Position numbers and translations under genes: made by a program
Assembly: GCA_965214835.1 (NCBI GenBank)
Contig: CBDCCK010000002.1
Span: forward strand, 1,664,001 to 1,728,000
Origin: Nitrosopumilaceae archaeon
GTDB taxonomy: Archaea; Thermoproteota; Nitrososphaeria; Nitrososphaerales; Nitrosopumilaceae
Direction of reading: 5' to 3'
Length of the DNA stretch: 64,000 bases
Notes under the pieces: generated by a model
Seen by the model: only the letters and a program-made list of their open reading frames with translations
Told to the model about the DNA's origin: nothing
Database searches by the model: none
In this document: piece by piece, positions 10,911-21,120 of the stretch
How positions within the stretch are numbered: position 1 is the first letter of the stretch
Layout of the letters: each line of letters opens with the position of its first letter

Positions 10911-11462
10911 TTGGAGTATCATACAAAATATCCAAAAACAATAGTCCTAGAGAAGGGCAGGAAGGAGAGGCTGGCTGCAGATTCCAGGCAAGGGGTAGAG
11001 CAGCTGCACGTCATTGCAAAGGAGAGATTTGAGAGGCTGTACCGTGTTTTTAGGGACGAGGGGTTTACCAGGGTAAAATTTGAGCACAAGCGGCCGCTCC
11101 AGCTGGGAAGCGGCCTTTCATTGAAGCTAGGCAAGCCTTGGGAGATGCATGTAAGGATGTCAAGGATGGACGGGGAAAGAGTCATGATCCATGCAGAGGT
11201 GGAGGTCTCCAGGGACTATATGCAGCATTTGTTTTCCCAGAGGACTCCGGTAGTTTATGAGGTGATAAAAATTCTGGAGGGAAACCAGATAGAGTGCAGA
11301 ATATGGAACCAGAGAATAAAAAAATACGTCTCTGCAGTTATGGAAAACTACAGGATCAGGTTATCCACTCCGAGCCTGCCTGCGTTTGCATGGAAGCCCA
11401 TGGTATTCTCAATCGGAACCGTGGGGCTGTTTTATTTGATAAAGTATCTTCTGACCATTTAA
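10911..11462 (+). CDS. Hypothetical protein with C-terminal membrane anchor
   Basis: 183-aa ORF with core-gene-like composition and a hydrophobic C-terminus. Confidence 0.7.
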   Translation: MEYHTKYPKTIVLEKGRKERLAADSRQGVEQLHVIAKERFERLYRVFRDEGFTRVKFEHKRPLQLGSGLSLKLGKPWEMHVRMSRMDGERVMIHAEVEVSRDYMQHLFSQRTPVVYEVIKILEGNQIECRIWNQRIKKYVSAVMENYRIRLSTPSLPAFAWKPMVFSIGTVGLFYLIKYLLTI

Positions 11463-11465
11463 AAG

Positions 11466-11792
11466 TCAGACGCCAAGGCCTTCGGCTTTGGTCAAGTCAA
11501 GGTATACCTTGTCTCCGACGGAGAGGTTCATCACCTTGTACTCGTGCATGTCAAGCTTGATGGATGTGACGCCGGAGGCCATTCCGGGTCCCCCCATTCC
11601 AGAAAGCATCTTGTTAAGATCCTTCATCATGTCATTCATGTTTGAAAACCCCATTACCTTCGGGCTGCCAAACGGGCTTTGCGGCTGTCCTGACCCCTCC
11701 CGCATGTCCTTTGAAGACATTAACGACACTACGACATAGGGCTGTCCGTCAGGTGCAGAATCGATGCTCTTTACGACGTATTCCTTTCTCAT
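11466..11792 (-). CDS. Hypothetical protein (beta-rich, Gly/Met linker)
   Basis: ORF MRKEYVVKSID...NLSVGDKVYLDL with an AT-rich TATA-like element upstream at ~11816-11826. Confidence 0.7.
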   Translation of the reverse strand: MRKEYVVKSIDSAPDGQPYVVVSLMSSKDMREGSGQPQSPFGSPKVMGFSNMNDMMKDLNKMLSGMGGPGMASGVTSIKLDMHEYKVMNLSVGDKVYLDLTKAEGLGV

Positions 11793-12090
11793 GCCTGTTG
11801 AATGCAAGGTGCCCTTATAATTTTAATTGTATGCAGTCTTCCCAGAAGTTCCCCGTAAGATGGCTCCAAATTCGATGCAACTCGGTTTAGACTGCCTGCA
11901 GATCCACGCACCACCATCCGCACCGCCATGGGCTGGACTACTGGGAAGATGTGGGCCCGCGCCGGGTTCATGTCCGATATGAGACGACACATGACGGCAG
12001 AGGGCGACTGAGAAGCGATTCTTAATTAGCAGATTTTGACCCACTTGGGCACTAATCTATGCCTGACGGATCAAAATACCTGTAAAACCA

Positions 12091-13810
12091 TAGACCTTAT
12101 GCGTAAACGAAATTAGCGGCGATGCCCCCGGCGCACGGGCTACAAATGAGGCAAGTCAGGGCCGGCGCACGCGCGACTGTACCTTACAACGTTGAAAATA
12201 TTTGATCAAAACCACAACTATTTTCAGACGATTGATTTAGATCCGGGATCCATTCTCGCATAAGAGTAATGGCAAAGTCCGAGACCGAGCAGATACGACT
12301 GCTGAAGAAGAGAATCGAGCAGTACGAGAAGGAGAAGGTACAGGACAGGAAGGAGAAGGCGCGGGACAAAAAGAAGATCAAGAAGTATGAGAAGAGGATC
12401 AAGAGGCACGAGAAGAAGAGCAGGCAGGACAGGAAGGAGAAGGCGCGGGACAGGACGGAGAGGATGCAGTACAGGAAGGAGATCAGAGAGTACGAGAAGA
12501 AGAGCAGGCAGGACGGCAGGAGGCAGGAGCGGGATCAGGAGAGGATAGGGCAGCTGGAACAGCAGCTGGACGCCGAGCGCCGGATGTGGCCCGCAACCTG
12601 GGATGACGACAGGCGCTCCGCGGACAACGCCGCCCTCATGCACAGGCTCGAGGTGCTCGATGACATAATCGGTGGCGGGTCCCTGCAGCCCACCACGTCG
12701 ATGAACCTCCGCCAGTTTGACTACATATATGACCGGTTTACGAAGCTTGCCAAAAAGCACACAGAAGGCCCCCTGTTCTCAGAAGACGAGGACAACTTGC
12801 CCGGAAACCGGTGCAAGCTGTCCTACCGCCACGCCCTGCTGATGTCGCTGATGCGCAAGTACGGAAACCCGACACAGGAGCAGCTTGCGGCATTCTTTGG
12901 CATAGACCAGAGCACCGTATGCAGGTACCTCAGGTATTGCGACATGATATTCACCAAGATACTGCCCACGCCGGACGCCGTATCGCGAAAGATACAAAAC
13001 GCCCGCACGATCAAGGAAGTCAAGAAGATCGTCCCGGATCTGACCGTGATTGTAGACGGCACGCACATCGACATACAGCGCCCCACAGACAAGGAGCCAA
13101 GAAAGGAGGCATACTCTGGCAAGAAGAAGAGCTTTACGCGCAACACCCAGGTGATTGCCGACAAGAAGGGACTGGCGATGTATGCAAGCAAGTCGGCGCC
13201 CGGAAGCACGCACGACCTCACCATGATAAAGAACAACCCACCGGATCTGGGAATCCTGACTGCCAGGATGCGCAGCAACAGAAAGCACCCCGAGGACGAG
13301 AAGGTAAAGATGTTCTCTGATCTGGGATACATGGGAATCGAGGAGGTGTATCCCGGGGCCACATCCGTGCAGCCCGACAAGAAGCCAAGGAAAGGCAAGC
13401 TTACAAAGAAACAGAAAGCGCAGAACAGGAGGATAAGCAGCAAGAGGGTGACAGTAGAGCACGCCATAGGACGGATAAAGCAGTACAAGCGGATGCGTGA
13501 TCCGTACGACGGGACCGCCGAGGAGTTCGACAGGGAGTTCCAGGTGACGGCCGGGCTTGCCAACTTTAGGCTGCTGTGGGACAAGCGGAACAAGAAGCTC
13601 ATGCATGGGTTCTGATACCACGATACGGAGCGCATTGCGGCGCCACACGATGCCGCACTATACTGTAGTTTTTACCAGCTGTAATGGCTCGTAGCTGCAC
13701 TATATACGGACTCTGCCGCCCTCATACACGTCATGTGATGCCGTCAGCCTTGCATGTATGGCCGGCCACCGTCGGAATATTTCGATCCGGTCGATTACGC
13801 ATAAGGTCTC
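12091..13810 (+). mobile_element. Apparently intact IS5-like (DDE_Tnp_4 / ISL2-PIF type) insertion sequence
   Basis: TIRs TAGACCTTATGCGTAAACGA (12091) and TCGATTACGCATAAGGTCTC (13791-13810) enclose one intact transposase. Confidence 0.85.
12269..13615 (+). CDS. IS5-like transposase (HTH_Tnp_4 + DDE_Tnp_4) with long charged N-terminal coiled-coil repeats
   Basis: TQEQLAAFFGIDQSTVCR (HTH), VDGTH, YSGKKK, GSTHD, SDLGYMG, RVTVEHAIGRIK. Confidence 0.92.
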   Translation: MAKSETEQIRLLKKRIEQYEKEKVQDRKEKARDKKKIKKYEKRIKRHEKKSRQDRKEKARDRTERMQYRKEIREYEKKSRQDGRRQERDQERIGQLEQQLDAERRMWPATWDDDRRSADNAALMHRLEVLDDIIGGGSLQPTTSMNLRQFDYIYDRFTKLAKKHTEGPLFSEDEDNLPGNRCKLSYRHALLMSLMRKYGNPTQEQLAAFFGIDQSTVCRYLRYCDMIFTKILPTPDAVSRKIQNARTIKEVKKIVPDLTVIVDGTHIDIQRPTDKEPRKEAYSGKKKSFTRNTQVIADKKGLAMYASKSAPGSTHDLTMIKNNPPDLGILTARMRSNRKHPEDEKVKMFSDLGYMGIEEVYPGATSVQPDKKPRKGKLTKKQKAQNRRISSKRVTVEHAIGRIKQYKRMRDPYDGTAEEFDREFQVTAGLANFRLLWDKRNKKLMHGF

Positions 13811-13821
13811 ATGTACAAATC

Positions 13822-14755
13822 ATGTGTTTGATCGATAGACTGACAAAAAACCCACGGACGTTCCGGATGTTTGCAGGAATGACCGAGGCAGAGTTTGACC
13901 AGCTGTGTACCGAGGTGCAAAAGAAATTTCCAGATACCGAGAAGAAGAGGCTCTCAAGGCCCGACCGTGTGCGGGATATAGGCGCAGGCAGGCCCTTTGC
14001 CCTGGATCTGAGGAACCGCGTACTGCTGGTCTTGTTCTACTACAGGACGTACGTCTCCCAGGACGTGGCTGGCGCCATGTTCGGTATAGGACAGGCGTCG
14101 GTCTCGCGCTCCATAAGCCTGACTGAGCCCCTGCTAAAACAATGCCTGCCGATCCCCGAGAAGATCTACAAGGACTCCAAGAGGATCTCCTCAGTCGAGG
14201 AGCTGGCCGAGATCTTCCCGGGGATGGTGTGCCTGACTGACGCCTCCGAGCAGCCCACAAACAGGCCCAAGAGAAAGGACATGGAAAAGTCGCACTATTC
14301 GGGCAAGGCAGGCACGCACACGGCCAAGGTCCAGTATACGGTCAACATACACGGTGCCATAGTGCACAAGACCCCGCACTCGCCGGGGCGCGTAAACGAC
14401 GTCAAGATATACCAGATGAAGCACCCCACGTTCTGGAGCGGTGAGGAGGACGGCGAGGAGCTGCGGCACTATATGGATCGCGGATACCAGGGTGCGCAGC
14501 ACATCGATGCAGGGACGAAGGTTATACTTCCAATCAAGAAGAGTCCTGGCGGCAAGCTGACCGACGATGAAAGAGTACAACAGAACACACTCAAAGATAC
14601 GGGTGTACGTGGAGAATGGCATACGCAGGGTCAAGACATTCAAGATAATGAGCTACAAGTACAGAAACAGGCTCAGAAAGTACGATCTGGCCAACAGTAT
14701 CGTGTGCGGGCTGGTCAACCTGAGGATACTGGAACGGATAGCTGCTGTGGCCTGA
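13822..14755 (+). pseudogene. Second IS5-like (DDE_Tnp_4) transposase, frameshifted near 14570
   Basis: GAGRPFAL, YYRTYVSQD, DASEQ, YSGKAGTH, DRGYQG. The C-terminus RVYVENGIRRVK lies in another frame (14567-14755). Confidence 0.85.
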
Positions 14756-14799
14756 AAAACACGGCAGAAAACAACTGCAACCTGCCACTCGTAATTTAA

Positions 14800-15415
14800 T
14801 TACGGATTGCTTCTCAGGGGAGTCGACTGCTTGCATGGCCGCATACGCCTCGAACCTGCTTGTTCCCTTTTTGTGCTTTGATCGTATAAGGTACTTCATG
14901 TTGTCCTTGTCGTATTTGGGTATCTCGTGCCTAGTCTATTGCAATCATGACCGGGCCTTTTTTGTGAATGCCGCCCTTTTTAGCAGGACTGCAGTCTCAA
15001 TCATGTCAGCGCAGATCTTTCTTATCCCCTCAAGACCCGCGGTTCTGACCTGCCCGTGAAACCATCTTGCGGTGGGCAGGTTCTCGCTGTCTTCAAACTC
15101 CAGCACCGCCTCTGTCGCAGTCTGGCCCGATCTGCACATGGAGGACAGAATCATCACAAACTGGGGTAGTCCGTATAGTGCGTTATGCTGTTTGGAGAAC
15201 TTGATTCTGCCCCTGCCTATGATGTCTGCCAAGGTATTGGGTACCCTGTTGTCCATGTTGATGCGGTGCTTTTGCCCACTTTTGTTCACGCACTATGGCG
15301 GACAGGGGCGCCTTGCAGTTGATCTGCATGATCCAGATTTGCTTGCATTTTTGGTGGATTTTTTTATGCTGTCGTCTGCTAGGCGTGTTTAAAGTAGGTA
15401 CATTTCCATCTACTG
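14800..15415 (-). pseudogene. ISH3-like (IS4 superfamily) transposase N-terminal fragment
   Basis: HNALYG...PTARW...IAIDxHEIPKYD...LIRSKHKKGTSRFEAY spread across frames; homologous to 39182-40430. Confidence 0.7.
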
Positions 15416-15518
15416 AACAATGCAAATTGCATAAAAATTAGGCCTAATTCTAAGAGGGCGTGAATTCATACACCGAATTTTCGTATGTTTATAAAAGGTT
15501 TCTAGGCAGTAAAATTGG

Positions 15519-16304
15519 ATGTCAGCCGAACAAACTCCGGACGGTTTTTCATTGCAGCTTGGTACAGGCCTTCATCCAAAAGAATCTACAAGTGAGCTGT
15601 TCTTAAAAACTGCTACCAACCCTACATTTCCATTTTTACATATGAAAATAATCGAGGATGAAACAATTGGGGACGTTTCGATTGATATCAAAGTAAACAA
15701 AAAAATTTATGAGTTTTTGAAAACATTTGCTCAATCTGAAGACATTGTATTTTATTTTACAAACAATGGAGGATTATCTCAATGGACATTCGATATGATA
15801 GTCACCATGAAGATTCTCTCTGAATTAGAAATAATGCCAAAAATTGATAACTGGACAAAAACTGCACGAGAATGTTTGACTAAAGTAATGAACAATGAAA
15901 AGTTTGATCCTGTTTTTAACAATGAAAATGCATTGGCAAGCTCAAAAGAATTACTATCTTCATTTGAAATTTTAGATCACGTGGAAAAAACCGAGCTGCT
16001 TTTTTTGACAGCTGACGAAGCATTGAAAGAGAGAGTCATGGATTCGGGAACGCTGATTTACAGATTGGCCATGGCCATTTATCATTCTGATCGTGGCGTA
16101 GGCAGATCAATTCTAACTGCGATGGATGAGCCAAGCTCCGTATACCTTAAATTGATCAAAAGCTCCTCATATAGCAAGTGGGAATCAAAGTTTTCCGAAA
16201 TGATGAGTCTGCCACTAGAATCAAGAATAAAAATTACCAAAGTGTTAACCGCGTTTACGGTTGCGTCTTACGTCTATCATAAAACAGTAAAAGGCGATAA
16301 TTAA
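15519..16304 (+). CDS. Hypothetical protein, first gene of an AT-rich three-gene operon
   Basis: 261-aa ORF; TAATG stop/start overlap with the next gene; TATA-like TTTATAAAA at ~15488. Confidence 0.7.
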   Translation: MSAEQTPDGFSLQLGTGLHPKESTSELFLKTATNPTFPFLHMKIIEDETIGDVSIDIKVNKKIYEFLKTFAQSEDIVFYFTNNGGLSQWTFDMIVTMKILSELEIMPKIDNWTKTARECLTKVMNNEKFDPVFNNENALASSKELLSSFEILDHVEKTELLFLTADEALKERVMDSGTLIYRLAMAIYHSDRGVGRSILTAMDEPSSVYLKLIKSSSYSKWESKFSEMMSLPLESRIKITKVLTAFTVASYVYHKTVKGDN

Positions 16305-16990
16305 TGGGTGATAAAACAAAGTTTTCAAACAGAGTTCGACCAAAGGATGTTGAAATTGTTAAAAATACCATTGGCGATGAATTGAATGTGCTCAACGCAG
16401 ATGAAACTGCATGGGAAGGACTAGTTGATCCTCCTGTGGATCCAGCCGTTGAAGGCACTACACCACCACCTATTGACGAATTGCAGTCATTCCATCGCAG
16501 TGTTTTTATTGGATCTGTTTCTGGTTTTAGATACGCACCATCAACCATTCCAGACGAACAAGAAAGTGAAATTGAAAAAATCGTAGATAGAAAAATGGCG
16601 AAAAATATGCCGATGTTTCAACGCATCATGAGTTCTATGGTAGATAAGAAATTACAATCCTTGGAAATGTCTAACACCCGCCTACAAGGCGTGTTTGGTT
16701 CTAGGAATGCATCTCAACACAATGCCGAAACGCTAGAATCCACCATAAGAGACTCGTTTAATGACATGGATTTTATAAAGCAAGTATGCTATTTGGATAC
16801 TGGCGATGATCTCCGATTAATCGTAATTCTTGAAAGTGAAGATCTTGAACCTGCTTTTAGCGCAATAATTGACAGAGTCATAGAACTAGAAGAATTGCTA
16901 TGTGATATCAGCATAGAACCGTGGGTATTGCGTCAATCCGAAGTTGAACCACATCACTTAACCAACGCAAAAACCGTTTTCAAGAAATAA
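16304..16990 (+). CDS. Hypothetical protein with a C-terminal minimal-nucleotidyltransferase-like (antitoxin-like) domain
   Basis: The last ~85 aa show an MNT-like pattern (IKQVCYL...DDLRLIVIL...IEPWVL) and sit directly upstream of a HEPN gene. Confidence 0.55.
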   Translation: MGDKTKFSNRVRPKDVEIVKNTIGDELNVLNADETAWEGLVDPPVDPAVEGTTPPPIDELQSFHRSVFIGSVSGFRYAPSTIPDEQESEIEKIVDRKMAKNMPMFQRIMSSMVDKKLQSLEMSNTRLQGVFGSRNASQHNAETLESTIRDSFNDMDFIKQVCYLDTGDDLRLIVILESEDLEPAFSAIIDRVIELEELLCDISIEPWVLRQSEVEPHHLTNAKTVFKK

Positions 16991-16999
16991 AGTGATTAA

Positions 17000-17347
17000 A
17001 TGACGTCCATGTCTTGGCATGAATCACAAAGTAACCACAACAAAAACACATGTGATTTTCTTCATACTGAAAACCCTAGGCATATAGATTGGGAGGTAAC
17101 CACACTGTTCTATTCTGCATTACATTTAGTTAACAATTATTTTGAAAAAAACAACATTGCACTACCAGAAACCCACAACGCCCGGGAAAAACTAGTAAAA
17201 AAAGAATTACCTTCCATACATCCACACTATCGCAAATTACATTCCTTGAGCCTCAGGGCACGATATACAGTAGGACATAAAATGCAAGATTCTGACCGAC
17301 AAATTGCAACAAATAATTTTTCGTTTTTAAAAACAAACATTCCATAA
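17000..17347 (+). CDS. HEPN-domain protein (putative RNase toxin)
   Basis: DWEVTTLFYSALHLV, PETHNAR and YRKLHSLSLRARY give a typical HEPN helical pattern. Confidence 0.75.
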   Translation: MTSMSWHESQSNHNKNTCDFLHTENPRHIDWEVTTLFYSALHLVNNYFEKNNIALPETHNAREKLVKKELPSIHPHYRKLHSLSLRARYTVGHKMQDSDRQIATNNFSFLKTNIP

Positions 17348-17577
17348 CCTATCACACACTACGTTTGACTGTATGAGACGCTGTATCAAATCTTATCCGT
17401 AGCGGACGCCATATCATCCGCGTTGGGCCCAAGAGCCGAAGTAAACTTGCCACGTATGAGGGCGCGTAAGAGACTGGCTCAGAGTAGGCGGACAACGAAA
17501 TGCAACATAATCGAGGGCGAATGGGAGTTTTCCGTTCAGTCGAGCGCACACGCTTTGATCAAAAAGGAGGTGATATA
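17348..17577 (+). ncRNA. Structured non-coding left end of an IS110 element (candidate bridge RNA)
   Basis: ~230-nt leader with hairpin GCGGA/TCCGC and two long stems with large internal loops (GAGCC 17433 / GGCTC 17476; AGGCG 17486 / CGCTT 17551), directly upstream of the IS110 ORF. Confidence 0.5.
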
Positions 17578-17720
17578 ATGATCAACATAGGAATAGACGT
17601 TCATAAAAAGACGTGCGTGGCAACCATCAAGGGCAGGGCTGCCAAGATCCTGGAACAGACGGAGTTTTCCAACACGGCCGATGGAATAAGGGGATTTATT
17701 GGGCAGATCAGAGAGAAATA
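17578..17720 (+). pseudogene. IS110-family recombinase N-terminal fragment, truncated by IS630
   Basis: MINIGIDVHKKTCVATI...EFSNTADG (DEDD_Tnp_IS110 start); strong SD GGAGGTGA. Confidence 0.85.
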
Positions 17721-18019
17721 CGTAGTATCTAGCTAAGATAATCGCTCATCTCGCAGATCTTGATCTCGCCCCTGCGCAACATGACGCGTATGGACTTCTG
17801 CATCTCGTCGACGGTCTTGTAAAGGCGGTTTGCAGTCGCCTTTTTGAACCCGCGCCACTGCCCCTCTATCTTGTTCAGCTCCGGCGTGTACGGCGGCAGG
17901 AACTTTAGCACCACGTCGCCATTCCATTCTGTTAGCTGCTCCCTGACCAGTGTGGCCCTGTGATACGATGCGTTGTCGACAAACAGCAGCACCTTGTCGT
18001 ACTTGCGGCGTAGCAGCAT
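17721..18019 (-). pseudogene. IS630-family transposase C-terminal fragment with right terminus
   Basis: LLFVDNASYH, FLPPYTPELNKIEGQW; terminus CGTAGTATCTAG is related to the other IS630 ends. Confidence 0.88.
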
Positions 18020-19909
18020 CTACAAAAAATATGGGAAGACAACGAAGGCCTGAAGCATTTTCTAAAATCCACCAGCACGACAAAATCCATACAGGTTTTG
18101 CCCTTCATACAACTAAACCAGGAATCGTTTGAGGGCACTCTGTCTGAGCTGGACAGCCTGATTACGGCTGTGAACGGAAACGACGTGGAATCCGTCAAAG
18201 AAATCCTTCAAACGAATCCGGAAAAACAACACGAATATGTCCTAGAGCTGTGCCGCCTCGCAGAAGAATACATAGAATCCGAAAGAACCGTGGTTGCAAA
18301 CAATACAATCAACGTACTGGTAAACATACACGATGCTGTAGAAGATCCCTCTCGAGAAGGGATCACAAAACTACTTGACAAGTTTATGACGGGCAGTGAG
18401 ATTCTCAGCAACCTGATGATGTTTGATGTTGACATCCTGTTTCCCATCACGCTTTCACTAAATTCGGATGTCGGAGAAACTATCCATAGGAGATATGCGC
18501 AAAACATGTCTGCGCCAAACTATGCTCCAATGATCATCAAGAAGTTTATCGACAACATCGCATCGATCAGCGACTCGGTTTGCCAAGACGTTGACGAGAA
18601 TTTGGGAAAGCTGGGTGGATTGAACCATGTGGAACAGTTCTACTACGTATTGGAGCGGTTGATGGAAAGCAGTACGGCTGCAGAAAAGTTCGCCAAGAAG
18701 AGCACACTGAGGGAGGTGATAAGCCTCATCCATCCCAGTACTGAGGACAGATGGATGTCGGCATATATGAAACTGAAGCACCTTGCCGGCGAAGACAACA
18801 AACTGGCGTTTGTAGAAAAGATGCTTTCCGCAATCAAGACAGAAGAGGGGCAGAACATGCCTCCTGACAGCGAGACAGTATGCAGAAAGCTCATGGAGAT
18901 GACCGCGGATGATTTTGCAGGCGGCGCGGCCAAATACACATACGATTCTCTAAAGAAGCCTGCACTAGACTATGCCGACACAGGCGGGAGGGCACTGGTC
19001 TCAGCGATCATATTAAAGGCATACACAAAACTGGATCATCCAGACAGGGAAGAGTTTGCCACCGAAATCCTTTCCTCGCTGATAGCACAAATCTCCCCAG
19101 AACAAATCTCTCCCATTGTAAAGATCGTCCGGGACGAAAACGTACCAATTCTTGAGTTTGCGCCGGTTGCAGACGCGGTTTTTTCCCTGCTACGCGACAA
19201 CCCGTCACGCGAATCAGTCGATCTCCTGTATGCTGGCACCTCGGAAGACAAGTGGGAGGATCTTGAGGACAGGATAATCAACATACACAGTGAGGATGTC
19301 AGCCGAGTCAGCATCCTCTCGTCTGCATTTGATCTGTCGGCCAGTGCACCCGTGGAATTAAGGGCAAGGATTTTCAGACGGATTCTGCAGTCCTGCGAGC
19401 AGTTTGACCACGATGCCAAGTTGTCGATTTATCAGAATCTGGCGAAAAATCTGGATGGCCTTGGCAAAACCCCAATAGACGCGCTTGCCGACGGATTGCT
19501 GCAGGAGCTCAGGCCGGATGACAATGTACAAGTCGATGCGTGTCTGGAACTGATCAGCGGATGTTTTGGCAAAACCACGGAAGCCAAACAAATGGAGGTG
19601 ATCTCCAATCTCCTAACCAAGGTGCAAGAATACATGCAGTCAAAGCCAAACTTTGCGATAGCCGTAATAAGATTTCTAATATCAAAAAACAAGGATATGG
19701 TCCGGGACGGAAGGGGCCAGTTTGTCGACTTTGCGGTCAAAACCCTTGAAAGTGAAGACAATGTCCCGGTACTGACAGAGATTTTAGACCAATTCGACAG
19801 CATTGAGTTTGGAGACAGGAGGGAATACGCATACGAACTTGTTGCCAAGTTATGCGAGTCGTCAAATGAAGACGTTAAGAGCAAAGCCCAAGAGATCATA
19901 AACGGATGA
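18020..19909 (+). CDS. Large alpha-helical (HEAT/ARM-like) protein, 5'-truncated by IS630; possibly the C-terminal part of a KAP-like NTPase
   Basis: Reading frame is open back to the IS junction (LQKIWEDNEGLKHFLKST...LPFIQLNQ); >600 aa of amphipathic helices; no catalytic motif left. Confidence 0.55.
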   Translation, partial: LQKIWEDNEGLKHFLKSTSTTKSIQVLPFIQLNQESFEGTLSELDSLITAVNGNDVESVKEILQTNPEKQHEYVLELCRLAEEYIESERTVVANNTINVLVNIHDAVEDPSREGITKLLDKFMTGSEILSNLMMFDVDILFPITLSLNSDVGETIHRRYAQNMSAPNYAPMIIKKFIDNIASISDSVCQDVDENLGKLGGLNHVEQFYYVLERLMESSTAAEKFAKKSTLREVISLIHPSTEDRWMSAYMKLKHLAGEDNKLAFVEKMLSAIKTEEGQNMPPDSETVCRKLMEMTADDFAGGAAKYTYDSLKKPALDYADTGGRALVSAIILKAYTKLDHPDREEFATEILSSLIAQISPEQISPIVKIVRDENVPILEFAPVADAVFSLLRDNPSRESVDLLYAGTSEDKWEDLEDRIINIHSEDVSRVSILSSAFDLSASAPVELRARIFRRILQSCEQFDHDAKLSIYQNLAKNLDGLGKTPIDALADGLLQELRPDDNVQVDACLELISGCFGKTTEAKQMEVISNLLTKVQEYMQSKPNFAIAVIRFLISKNKDMVRDGRGQFVDFAVKTLESEDNVPVLTEILDQFDSIEFGDRREYAYELVAKLCESSNEDVKSKAQEIING

Positions 19910-20044
19910 TGGTTCGGACGCATGTGCCAAAAAAAATCAAAGTGAAAGCAGAAAGCCAAGGCAGAAAAGATGTCACAATTCATGCCAAATAACAAGACAT
20001 CTATGCTAAAAACACCCGCTCGTAGGACGGCGATGTTCCTATGC

Positions 20045-20112
20045 TAGGCCTTATGCATAATCGATGCAGATCAAAAAAATCAGGCAGCTTTTGCGTCATT
20101 TTTGGCAAATAC
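20045..20112. mobile_element. Terminus of an IS5-like non-autonomous element
   Basis: TAGGCCTTATGCATAATCGA plus ~50 bp subterminal sequence; near reverse-complement copy at ~24743-24811. Confidence 0.7.
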
Positions 20113-20157
20113 GTATAGGATCTATGGGTTTTGGAATGCTGAGAGTTCAAGTTCATC

Positions 20158-20242
20158 CTATGGCAACGGGCAGAAGTCTTTGAGTCAAAGTAGGTCATAA
20201 CTACACGTAAAAAACCTCAATTATTTCTGCTCGTTGCTATAG
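20158..20242. mobile_element. MITE family F (~85 bp, IS630-derived)
   Basis: TIR CTATGGCAACGGGCAGAA / TTCTGCTCGTTGCTATAG. The same left end (CTATAGCAACGAGCAGAAGTCTTTGAG) precedes the IS630 fragment at 38323. Confidence 0.75.
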
Positions 20243-20250
20243 GGATAGTC

Positions 20251-20550
20251 ATGGAGCATCTTAACACCAACATCGAGACGGCAGAGCTATGTCGCCGCCA
20301 CAACCTAGTCCATAGGACGTTTTATCAGTGGAGGGAGCGCTTTTTGCAGGCCGGACGCGCGTCACTGTCGGGCAGGGGCCACAAGTCAACAGAGGAGCGG
20401 CAACAAAAGGAGATCGAGTCACTCAAGAAAATAGTCGGGGAATACGCCGTGGCCAACGCGGTATTAAAAAAAACCTTGGAGGCAGGCAAAAGGTGATGGC
20501 CGCAACCGAGCTGAAGAGCAAGGGATGGAGCACACGCACGTCACTGCAGA
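20251..20550 (+). pseudogene. IS3-family OrfA (HTH) and start of OrfB, truncated
   Basis: AELCRRHNL...TFYQWRERF...EIESLKKIVGE...NAVLKKTL; A-run near the OrfA end. Confidence 0.75.
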
Positions 20551-21120
20551 GAGTTGATTCGAAATTAACAAACTCTGATTATCTGTGAACGAATCTGCAT
20601 AAATCAGCTCAAAACACCAACAAAATACAGATTATCTGTGAAATTATCCAAAAAATTTGTTTGGTTTCTAATTTCGGATCATCTCTCAGGGGGACGTGAC
20701 CACATACCAAGAATCGTATGTGGTCACCTGCCCCTGCCAATCAGGCACGAATTGGTATGTGCAATTATGATTTCCATGCCTGGCCAGCAAGTGACGGGCC
20801 TAGTCGATACCGCCTACAAGAGAATCACCAAGAAAGGAATCGAACACAGGCACTTTAGAATACCCAAGGGACTGCTTGCGTTGCCGGGCATGCAAAAGGA
20901 GGACGAGTATAGATTGCTGAAACGGATTCTAGGTGGCGTGCAGTTCGTGGTGATCGGCATTGCAGGCCTAGTGCCGCCGGCGCTCCGGACTGTCAATGTC
21001 AGGATGGATCCCGGCTCCGATTCGGATGCCGACCTGTCGCTGACAGGCGCCCTAGTGATGGGCCTGCTCATCGTGGTCATAGGACTCGTGGCAGAAAGGA
21101 TCTATGTGCATGGAAAAAAA

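Noticed and set aside
12779-13648. Long antisense ORFs over the IS5-like transposase
   Set aside because: Typical shadow ORFs of GC3-rich coding sequence; no recognisable motifs.
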